64,000 nt of DNA from an uncultured Planctomycetota bacterium (GTDB lineage Bacteria; Planctomycetota; Planctomycetia; Pirellulales; Lacipirellulaceae). The position numbers and the translations under genes were made by a program. The notes under the pieces were generated by a model. The model had not been told where the DNA came from. It saw only the letters and a program-made list of their open reading frames with translations, and searched no databases. Below, one piece after another: positions 48,851-56,664 of this stretch. The stretch covers positions 512,001 through 576,000 of the forward strand of contig CAVRBU010000002.1 in NCBI GenBank assembly GCA_963719315.1, given 5' to 3'. The stretch's first letter is position 1. The number at the start of each line of letters is the position of its first letter.

Positions 48851-50932
48851 GTGAATCGAATTCGTTTGGCCGCCGCGGCCGTGAATCAAACGCCGATGGC
48901 CTGGGGCACGAACGCCCGGCACATTCGGGCCGTGCTCGCCGCCGCGCGCGATGCCGGCGTGGGCATTCTGTGTCTGCCAGAGTTATGCATCACCGGCTAC
49001 GGCTGTGAGGACATGTTCTTCTCCGCCGGCATCCAAGCGACCGCGCTCGATGTCCTCGAAGAACTGGTTCCCGATACGAAAGGCCTAGTGGCCTGCTTCG
49101 GCCTGCCCGCGTTTTACGAGGGAGCCGTCTACAACACAGCGGCCCTCACATACGACGGCCGCCTGCTCGGCCTGGTGGCGAAGCAATATCTCGCCGGCGA
49201 CGGCATTCATTACGAACCACGCTGGTTTCGCCGCTGGCCAGCCGGCGCAGTCGGAAGCATCGCAATTGGCGGCCAAGAATATCCCATCGGCGACTTGCTA
49301 TTTGACTGCGGTGGCGTGCGAATCGGTTTTGAAATCTGCCGCGATGCCTGGGTGGTCGAGCGCACGGGCGCCCGACTCGCCCAACGCGGCGCCGACGTAC
49401 TGCTCAATCCCAGCGCGAGTCATTTCGCCTTCGCCAAGCAGCAGATTCGCGAACGGTTCGTGCTGGAAGGCTCGCGGGCGTTTTGCGTGAGCTACGCCTA
49501 TGCCAATCTGCTCGGAAATGAGGCGGGCCGCTCGATCTACGACGGCGGCACACTCATCGCCATGGGCGGCAAGATGCTGGCCCGCGGCCCGCGATTCTCG
49601 TTTGCCGATTGGTTGCTAACCACCGCCGTAATTGATGTGGAGGCGACCCGCCGTGTCAAGGCGGAGAGTTTTCCTGACTCGACGCCGAGAACTGCTACTT
49701 CCGGCGAGATGGGAATGGTCACCGCGGAGATAGAATATCGCCAAGCGACAGCCTCGACAGGAACAGTGCAAACTTTGACCGGGACCTGCTCCGACACTCC
49801 TGCAAGCAACGAATCGCCAATTGATAATTCCCGCCATGTGCCGGGGCATCCGGACTGGGAAACTGGCGATCATCAGAAGGAGGAGGAATTCACTCGGTCC
49901 GTTGCGCTCGCACTGTTCGATTACTTGCGCAAAAGTCGTTCGCAGGGCTTCATCGTGTCGCTCAGTGGCGGGGCTGATTCATCAACCGTCGCCGTGCTCG
50001 TTCACCTATTGGTTCAGCTCGGTGGGCGAGAATTGGGCTACGACAAGTTGGCGGGAAAGCTCTCGCACATCCAAGGGATTGCTAGTAGTGCTCCGATTTC
50101 TCGATTGGTTCACCAACTGTTGACGTGCGTCTATCAATCGACCCGCAACAGCAGCAGCCAAACATTCAACGCGGCAAAAACCATCGCGAACGCCGTCGGC
50201 GCCGAATTCTTCGAGTGGAATGTGGACGCCCTGGTGGATGAGTACGTCCGCAACGTCTCAGCGGCCACCGGTCGCGAATTGACATGGGACCGCGACGACG
50301 TGGCCCTACAAAACATCCAGGCCCGCGCCCGCGGCCCGGGCATTTGGCTTCTTGCCAACTTACGGCAAGCACTGCTGCTCACGACGAGCAATCGCAGCGA
50401 GGCCGCGGTCGGCTACGCCACGATGGATGGCGATACGTGCGGCGGCCTCGCGCCCATCGCCGGAATCGACAAGGCGTTCCTGCTCGATTGGCTCAAGTGG
50501 ATGGAAACGACCGGCCCGGCCGGCATCGGCCCGCTGCCGGCCCTCGCGGCGGTCACGAACTTGCGTCCGACCGCCGAACTGCGGCCATCGTCGGCCGATC
50601 AAACCGATGAAGCCGATCTCATGCCCTATCGCGTACTCGATGCGATCGAACGAGCGGCCATCCGCGATAAGTTGCTGCCGATCGAAGTTTTCGAGGCCGT
50701 CGGACCGCAGTTTCCGCAATACGATGCCCAACAGATGGGCGCCTGGGTCGAGCGGTTTTTCCGGCTCTGGTGCCGCAATCAATGGAAACGCGAACGGTAC
50801 GCGCCGTCGTTCCACTTGGACGATGAGAACCTCGACCCCAAAACGTGGTGCCGATTCCCGATTCTCAATAGCGGGTTTGAGAAGGAGCTCGAGGAGCTAC
50901 ACGAATACTTGCGTTTAGGTCGCTCGCGCTAA
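48851..50932 (+). CDS. nadE: Glutamine-dependent NAD+ synthetase
   Basis: Nitrilase domain (LPELCITGY, YE.RWF, EIC.D.W, NPSASHF) plus SLSGGADS, QNIQARAR, NRSE..VGY.T.DGD, PTAEL.P. Confidence 0.95.
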   Translation: MNRIRLAAAAVNQTPMAWGTNARHIRAVLAAARDAGVGILCLPELCITGYGCEDMFFSAGIQATALDVLEELVPDTKGLVACFGLPAFYEGAVYNTAALTYDGRLLGLVAKQYLAGDGIHYEPRWFRRWPAGAVGSIAIGGQEYPIGDLLFDCGGVRIGFEICRDAWVVERTGARLAQRGADVLLNPSASHFAFAKQQIRERFVLEGSRAFCVSYAYANLLGNEAGRSIYDGGTLIAMGGKMLARGPRFSFADWLLTTAVIDVEATRRVKAESFPDSTPRTATSGEMGMVTAEIEYRQATASTGTVQTLTGTCSDTPASNESPIDNSRHVPGHPDWETGDHQKEEEFTRSVALALFDYLRKSRSQGFIVSLSGGADSSTVAVLVHLLVQLGGRELGYDKLAGKLSHIQGIASSAPISRLVHQLLTCVYQSTRNSSSQTFNAAKTIANAVGAEFFEWNVDALVDEYVRNVSAATGRELTWDRDDVALQNIQARARGPGIWLLANLRQALLLTTSNRSEAAVGYATMDGDTCGGLAPIAGIDKAFLLDWLKWMETTGPAGIGPLPALAAVTNLRPTAELRPSSADQTDEADLMPYRVLDAIERAAIRDKLLPIEVFEAVGPQFPQYDAQQMGAWVERFFRLWCRNQWKRERYAPSFHLDDENLDPKTWCRFPILNSGFEKELEELHEYLRLGRSR

Positions 50933-50948
50933 ACCGCAAGCGGAGATC

Positions 50949-51160
50949 GGGTGCCACTGGCTTTGCCAGTGGATTTGCGATTCAATACTTCATCAAAACT
51001 CTACCCGGCATTCCAATATGACAATGAGACTACGCAAATCTAGCAACGTGGAATGAGTAATCTCCAGCTTGCACGCTCCTTTATCAAGCCAGGGACGTTG
51101 AATCTAACGACTGGCCGCAAGGATTGGGCCAGAAGAGCACTGGCAAAGCCAGTGGCACCC
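50949..51160. mobile_element. MITE/REPIN-like unit: perfect 23-bp inverted repeats around a 166-nt AT-richer spacer
   Basis: gggtgccactggctttgccagtg (50949-50971) and its exact reverse complement (51138-51160). Confidence 0.6.
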
Positions 51161-51164
51161 AAGC

Positions 51165-52085
51165 TTACTGGAGCACTTCTTCAAGCACGCGGCTGAGCTT
51201 TCGCCAGCGACGGGTGACGTCTTTTTTGCTGCCGTAGTCGAATTTCTTCACGTTCGCATTCTCGCGCGTGTAATGGAAAGCCGTGATCTCCTTGCCCCGG
51301 TCGAGAACGCCCGCGTAGACGGCCGCGACGTGGCGGATGTTGTCGTCGTCGTACACGACCGCATCCACGTCCTCCCCGGCGTCGTGAAGCAACGTCAACA
51401 ACATCGCCGCCTTGTTCTGACCGGCCGTCATCATGATGCCGTTCTCGTAGCTAATCGGCCGCGGCTCCGTGAGATGAAACTTTGCAATCTCATTCTTCGT
51501 CAGCCCGTCGGTTTCCGGGTGATCGAGATCGTAAGGCAGAAAATCCCCGCGCGGGATGTCATGCACCGGCAGCGCCGTTTTTGCGAAATTGTAGCCATTG
51601 CGGCGTAGTTCGCGTTCGGTCGCCGCGCGAAATTCGGGCCCCCGCGACGTGAGCACCAACGTCCGAACCCCGAGCGCCTGCAAGCGACGGATCAATCCCG
51701 GCAGATTGTCCTGCGGCGGGTGCATGTGCGACAGGTTATACAACAGCCCTTGTGCTTCGAGCAGACCCGGAAACGAGTCGGCCACCAACAACTTCGAGTT
51801 CGGCTCGTTATCCAGCAGGTATCGCTGCCACTCGAACCATTGGTCGCTGCCGAGCGGGTTGTCCATCGCCAAGAGCGTGTTGTCGATATCCAGTACCAGA
51901 AGAATTCGCTCCGGTTTGTATGTGTGAGCGTACTGCACGACCGCCGCCCCCACCTCGGCGAATTCGGGCGTGTCGGTGAGCTCGCCGGCAAAGCAGCCTG
52001 CCGATTGGCCCGTAAGAGCGACCGCGATGGCGGCGCACCCTACGAGCGCATAACGCCATGTGCGCGTCGGGGAAAGAGTTTGCAT
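51165..52085 (-). CDS. Exported HAD-like protein (DUF2608-like)
   Basis: Signal peptide, LLVLDIDNTLL, VLTSRG, GIMMT.G.NK, VVYDDD. Confidence 0.75.
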   Translation of the reverse strand: MQTLSPTRTWRYALVGCAAIAVALTGQSAGCFAGELTDTPEFAEVGAAVVQYAHTYKPERILLVLDIDNTLLAMDNPLGSDQWFEWQRYLLDNEPNSKLLVADSFPGLLEAQGLLYNLSHMHPPQDNLPGLIRRLQALGVRTLVLTSRGPEFRAATERELRRNGYNFAKTALPVHDIPRGDFLPYDLDHPETDGLTKNEIAKFHLTEPRPISYENGIMMTAGQNKAAMLLTLLHDAGEDVDAVVYDDDNIRHVAAVYAGVLDRGKEITAFHYTRENANVKKFDYGSKKDVTRRWRKLSRVLEEVLQ

Positions 52086-52189
52086 TCGATGTCGATCAGG
52101 GTTGGGAAGCTCGGTGCAAATGTGCTATACCGCTAGGATAATTGCCGGGGCGGAAATTCGCCACCGGCGTGAACGACCTGATCGAACAG

Positions 52190-52255
52190 GGAACGCTGAT
52201 CTTCACGAATTACCACTACTAAAAATCAGCGAAAATTAGTGGAGATTAGTGTTCC
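52190..52255. repeat. Inverted repeat with ~9-nt periodic arms
   Basis: ggaacgctgatcttcacgaattaccacta ... atcagcgaaaattagtggagattagtgttcc. Confidence 0.6.
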
Positions 52256-52285
52256 AAAGCACATTGAAAGTGCAGAAATAACGCA

Positions 52286-52726
52286 ATGGATCGATTTTTG
52301 AAACTGGCCATTGAAGAGGCTCGTCTGGGACTGGCTCAGGGCGGCATTCCCATCGGCTCGGTGCTGGTCATCGACGACGAAGTCGTCGGTTGCGGACACA
52401 ATCGACGCGTGCAAAACGGGAGCGCGATCCTGCATGCGGAGATGGATTGCTTGGAAAACGCGGGCCGGCTGCGACCGGCCGATTATCGCCGGGCTGTGCT
52501 TTATTCCACGCTCTCGCCCTGCGACATGTGCAGCGGCACCGCCCTGCTCTATCGCATTCCGCGGATCGTCATCGGCGAGAATCGCACATTTCGCGGGCCG
52601 GAAGAGTACGTTCGCTCGCGCGGCGTGACGCTCGAAATCGTGAATGACGCCGAGTGCTATGAGTTAATGCAGCAGTTCATTACGCAACATCCGGAGCTAT
52701 GGAACGAAGATATTGGAGAAGTGTAA
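52286..52726 (+). CDS. Cytosine/nucleoside deaminase (CDA fold, FCY1-like)
   Basis: GGIPIGSVLV, GHNRRVQ, LHAEMDCLENAGR, TLSPCDMCSG, WNEDIG. Confidence 0.92.
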   Translation: MDRFLKLAIEEARLGLAQGGIPIGSVLVIDDEVVGCGHNRRVQNGSAILHAEMDCLENAGRLRPADYRRAVLYSTLSPCDMCSGTALLYRIPRIVIGENRTFRGPEEYVRSRGVTLEIVNDAECYELMQQFITQHPELWNEDIGEV

Positions 52727-52745
52727 GCGGAAGTACGCGTGGCCC

Positions 52746-53213
52746 TCAAAGCCGGCAGGGCGGCTCTCCGGTGCAAACGCGCTTGTAGCGTGTAATCCCG
52801 CCGCCGCGGCTGACGCGAATCTCTACCAGCGCGCCGCAGTTCGGGCAGTATTCGGGCCCATCCATAAGCCGCCCCGTTTCGGATTTTCCCTGGCAAGCCA
52901 CACAGCGCTTCGTGTTCGGAATTACTTCGAGCCGCTCAGGGTCGATCCCTTGCCGGCAGACTTCGCACAGAACGGCTGCCTGCCAGTCCTCCGCGTCATC
53001 GTCCGCCGTCGGCCGGGTGAAAAGCGTTTTCTCCTTACACAGCGGGCACGTTATCTGCGGCGCTGCCTCAACGAACAGCGCGGCAACGATGTCCTCCTCT
53101 GGATCACGTTCGCGGCGTAACTGACCGATCATCCGCAGCCGGGCGATCGCGTCCTCGCGGCCGCACACGGTTTGCCAACCGCAATTCGAGCAGATGAGTT
53201 CGTGCGAAAACAC
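52746..53213 (-). CDS. Multi-zinc-finger protein with a TraR/DksA C4-type finger
   Basis: CSNCG, CPLC, CEVC...I..ERL..IP....CVACQ, CPNCG..C; start uncertain (GTG 53213). Confidence 0.75.
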   Translation of the reverse strand: MFSHELICSNCGWQTVCGREDAIARLRMIGQLRRERDPEEDIVAALFVEAAPQITCPLCKEKTLFTRPTADDDAEDWQAAVLCEVCRQGIDPERLEVIPNTKRCVACQGKSETGRLMDGPEYCPNCGALVEIRVSRGGGITRYKRVCTGEPPCRL

Positions 53214-53346
53214 GGCGTCGCTCGCGTAACGAAACCTGTTCGGCGCACGTCTCCTGACCCCGCCAAACAAGAGCGGCCTGGCGCCGACCGTCCATGCGTC
53301 GCCAGGCCGCATCTGATCAGATAACAAACATCAGTTCATCGCTAGG

Positions 53347-54090
53347 TCACGCCACGAGCCGCATGGCGTCGGCCGATAGCTTAACGCCATCCACGAATTC
53401 TTCGAACACGCGCAGATCGAGGGCCGATGCGGTGTCGGCCTCGGGGTGAAACTGCGTACCGATGGCGAACCAATCCGGGTTGCGGCTCTCGATCGCTTCG
53501 ACGATGCCGTCCGGGCAGCGGGCCGTCACTTCGAAATCGCGGGCCACTTCGTCGATCGCCATGTGGTGCATACTGTTGACGCGGAGCTCGCCGTCGCCGT
53601 ACACGCGCTCCATCAACGAATTCGGCGCGATTTCCAACGTGTGCCGGTGGGCCGGGTCGATGGGATCGTGATGCGGGAGAGCCCCCGGGCGATCTTCGGG
53701 AATGTGCAGCAACAGGTTGCCACCCATCGAGACGTTCAAGAGTTGCATGCCGGCCCCGATGCCGAAAACTGGAATCTTGCGCTCCGAGACCATCCGCACT
53801 AGACGGCGATCAAACAGCTCGCGCCGGGGAGCAAGCGGACGGATCGTCGGGTGAAGCATCCAACCATCGCGGCGCGGGTCGAGATCGGCGCCTCCCACGA
53901 GCACCACGCCATTGACGTGGTCGAGCAACTGCTCCAGGTCTTCGTCACTTTCGAGTGGCGGAATGACGAGCGGAATACCACCGACTTTGCTAATCGCATC
54001 GTAATAGCCCGATGCGACGAAGGTGAAACTCGGCTTATCCCCGGCCGAATTTGCGAAATCGGCGTTAACGGCAATGAGCGGCTTAGTCAT
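53347..54090 (-). CDS. Gamma-glutamyl-GABA hydrolase / peptidase C26 family protein lacking the catalytic Cys
   Basis: KPLI, Y..AI...GG.P..IP, L.GG.DL.P, FGIGAGMQLLNV.MGG.L, VNSMHH.A, DG+VEAIE, QFHPE. Confidence 0.88.
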   Translation of the reverse strand: MTKPLIAVNADFANSAGDKPSFTFVASGYYDAISKVGGIPLVIPPLESDEDLEQLLDHVNGVVLVGGADLDPRRDGWMLHPTIRPLAPRRELFDRRLVRMVSERKIPVFGIGAGMQLLNVSMGGNLLLHIPEDRPGALPHHDPIDPAHRHTLEIAPNSLMERVYGDGELRVNSMHHMAIDEVARDFEVTARCPDGIVEAIESRNPDWFAIGTQFHPEADTASALDLRVFEEFVDGVKLSADAMRLVA

Positions 54091-54436
54091 ACATGCACTC
54101 CCTTGTTTGGCGTCGTCCCGACGCGTCCTTGGTGGGTTCTCCCGCGATCAGGGCTGCTTTGACTTAGTTCGCGAGCGATCGTGCGACGACGCCAGAGCGG
54201 GCGGCAGCCGAGATCACGAAACGCCGAACGAAGGCGGCCACACTTACAACCCGGTGGACCGCTCGCCGGATTGAATCCGTTCAGAACTGCCCACCCGATG
54301 CTAGCAAAGATTGGCCACGGGCCTTGATCGCAAGCCGGTCGTCATGCCGGCAGCCGGAATTCCATTAATGGAACCGGCCTGAAGAACTCCTTTTCTCGTT
54401 TGGCCGTGTCACTCGGCGGTGGGAATGCAAGTGGGC
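54091..54436 (-). ncRNA. Candidate structured 5' leader RNA, family not recognised
   Basis: About 340 non-coding nt with multiple nested stems between a putative promoter and the AAGGGAG RBS. Confidence 0.45.
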
Positions 54437-54439
54437 GTC

Positions 54440-54468
54440 AGATTAAGAACTGGTTAAGCCAATTTCAA
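54440..54468 (-). promoter_or_regulatory. Putative sigma70-type promoter
   Basis: Minus strand TTGAAA-N17-TAATCT. Confidence 0.5.
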
Positions 54469-54569
54469 GGGTTGTCGCGGATTTTGCGTAGCCCCTGCCA
54501 CTGCTAGCACAACATCGTGTGAATGTACGTTCGATTCAAGTTGTTTCCGGAGCGCGTCCTACACCCCTT

Positions 54570-55340
54570 TCAACCCGGAGCCGCAAACGTGTGCTGCAAT
54601 AGTTCATAACCGAGAAAGAACAGTCCGGCGTCCACCAGCAGGTGACTGGGCCACGTGTCGAAGAGCGAGTCGCTGCGGTTGTACAGCCAGGCCCAAAACA
54701 CGCCGCCAACGGCGACACCGCCAGCGAGCAGCGCGATCAACCAGGTTTCACCTTTGAAAAATACGCTGAGCACGACGATGTGGTGTAGCGTAAACGCGAT
54801 CGCGGAAAGTACGGCCGCGGGCCAAAGAGACATCAAATGCCTCAATTGGCGAAACACGAACCACCGCCAGTAATACTCTTCGAACAACGAGTGAAAGAGC
54901 GAATAGAACCCAGCGAGCGCGAAATACTTGCCGGCGCTCGTCACTCCGAAGGCCGCCACCTTGTGTTGAATCAATTCCGCAGCGGTGGCAAAAATGGCCG
55001 TGCCGCGCAGCACGAATTCAAACATCGTCATGCCTGCCGCCACGACTGCTAGGCTGAAACCGACACCGAGCAACAAACCGCGGACCGTCGGGTGGCCAGT
55101 TCGCAGCGGCTCGCGAAGTGCCAGCAGCGCCCACACCGCCGGGAAGGCAAACTGAATGATTTTGACGACCAGGTAAACGGTTTGCTTTGCACCGGTCGAA
55201 TAGCGGTCGGCGAACACGAAATAGAACCACGTGATGATTGCCGGAAAAACCATGGCGAAAACCACGCCCACCCAGCGCAGCGTGCTGGATGGGGCTAGTG
55301 CGGGCGTGCTGGCGGAGGAATTTCGTAGGTTCGCGTCCAT
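54570..55340 (-). CDS. CPBP (CAAX/Abi) intramembrane metalloprotease
   Basis: HSLFEEYYWRWFV, F.LHH, W.SHLLVD. Confidence 0.9.
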   Translation of the reverse strand: MDANLRNSSASTPALAPSSTLRWVGVVFAMVFPAIITWFYFVFADRYSTGAKQTVYLVVKIIQFAFPAVWALLALREPLRTGHPTVRGLLLGVGFSLAVVAAGMTMFEFVLRGTAIFATAAELIQHKVAAFGVTSAGKYFALAGFYSLFHSLFEEYYWRWFVFRQLRHLMSLWPAAVLSAIAFTLHHIVVLSVFFKGETWLIALLAGGVAVGGVFWAWLYNRSDSLFDTWPSHLLVDAGLFFLGYELLQHTFAAPG

Positions 55341-55482
55341 GAAAGCAGTGTAGTCGTCTCGCTCCGCGAGAGGAATTGCGTCCCGGCACCGCACGCTGTT
55401 ATGTTCAAGCGTGCATCGAGGACCGGCGATCTGTTGGATCGCGGTTATTCAAGACACACAACTCGCAATTCACATCGCCGCA

Positions 55483-56592
55483 ATGCATTTTCGCCGCGTT
55501 TGCCTCGAATCGTTCGGTTACACACTGCCGGACGAGATTGTCTCGACAACCGAGATCGAGCGTCGGCTCGCGCCGCTGTACGAACGGCTGCGGCTGCCGG
55601 AGGGGCGACTGGAATTGATGACTGGCATTCGCGAGCGGCGTTTTTTTCCGCCGGGCACGCGACCCAGCGAGATCAGCATCGAATCGGGCCGCCGGGCGAT
55701 CGAGGCCAGCGGCATCGACCCGCGATTCTTCGGGGCGCTCATTCACGGCTCGGTCTGTCGCGATTTTTTGGAGCCGGCAACCGCTTGCCGCGTGCATCAC
55801 GGCCTCGACCTGCCGGGCGAGGCCGTGATTTACGATGTCTCGAACGCCTGCCTGGGGCTGCTGAACGGTATGGTACAGATCGCCAGCATGATTGAACTCG
55901 GGCAGATTCGCGCGGGCGTCGTCGTCGGCACCGAATGTGGACGCGAATTGGTCGAAAACACGATCGCGCTGTTGAACGCCGACACGTCGCTTACCCGCAA
56001 CTCGGTTAAAGATTATATCGCCTCGCTGACGATCGGTGCGGCGAGCGCGGCAATCGTCCTGTGCGACGAGGAACTAAGCCAAACCGATAACCGGCTCACG
56101 ACGGCCGTTGTGCATTGCGACACGAGCCAGCACGATCTCTGCCAGAGCCGCGGTTTGGAAACACTCATGAAGACCGATAGCGAAGAACTCTTGCGACGCG
56201 GCATCGCGGCCGGAGCACAAACCTTCGATCGCTTTCTCGCCGCCACCGGCTGGGAGTCCGACGACATCGACCGCACATTCTGCCATCAAGTCGGTGTGGC
56301 TCATCGCAAATTGATGTTCGAATCGCTCGGACTCGATCCGACGATCGATTTTGCGACGCTTGAAACGCTTGGTAATACGGGTGCGGTGGCGCTGCCGATC
56401 ACGATGGCGATGGGCGCCGAACAGGGTCGCCTCAAGAAGGACGATCGCGTAGCGATGCTGGGTATCGGCTCGGGCATCAACTGCCTGATGCTGGCGGTAG
56501 AGTGGCAGAATTCGCCGGTTACTCAAACGGTGCAGAAACGAGAGAACGTCGCGGAGGTAGGGTGGGTCGAGTCTTTGAGGCGCACCACATAG
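55483..56592 (+). CDS. oleA: OleA-like thiolase-fold condensing enzyme (KAS III family)
   Basis: LAPLYERLRLPEGRLELMTGIRERR, RDFLEPATA, YDVSNACLG, ASLTIG, FCHQVG, LGNTG, LGIGSGINC. Confidence 0.8.
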   Translation: MHFRRVCLESFGYTLPDEIVSTTEIERRLAPLYERLRLPEGRLELMTGIRERRFFPPGTRPSEISIESGRRAIEASGIDPRFFGALIHGSVCRDFLEPATACRVHHGLDLPGEAVIYDVSNACLGLLNGMVQIASMIELGQIRAGVVVGTECGRELVENTIALLNADTSLTRNSVKDYIASLTIGAASAAIVLCDEELSQTDNRLTTAVVHCDTSQHDLCQSRGLETLMKTDSEELLRRGIAAGAQTFDRFLAATGWESDDIDRTFCHQVGVAHRKLMFESLGLDPTIDFATLETLGNTGAVALPITMAMGAEQGRLKKDDRVAMLGIGSGINCLMLAVEWQNSPVTQTVQKRENVAEVGWVESLRRTT

Positions 56593-56635
56593 CCCGTCCC
56601 ACCTTGGTGAGTCTCGCGGATTCGACTCACCCTAC
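56557..56635. repeat. GTAG-bounded REP-like palindrome overlapping the oleA 3' end
   Basis: gtagggtgggtcgagtc ... gattcgactcaccctac. Confidence 0.8.
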
Positions 56636-56664
56636 GACCTGAATCTTGCGAATTCAGTTTCGAG

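Noticed and set aside
49330..49350. nadE glutaminase motif EICRD instead of the usual EICED
   Set aside because: The catalytic Cys, Glu and Lys appear retained; one neighbouring substitution is too weak to claim altered function.
54091..54436. Cobalamin riboswitch, tmRNA, RNase P or SRP RNA
   Set aside because: I could not locate their conserved motifs (B12 box, GAGGAAAGUCC, GGAAGCAGC loop, tRNA-like ends); kept as an unclassified structured leader.
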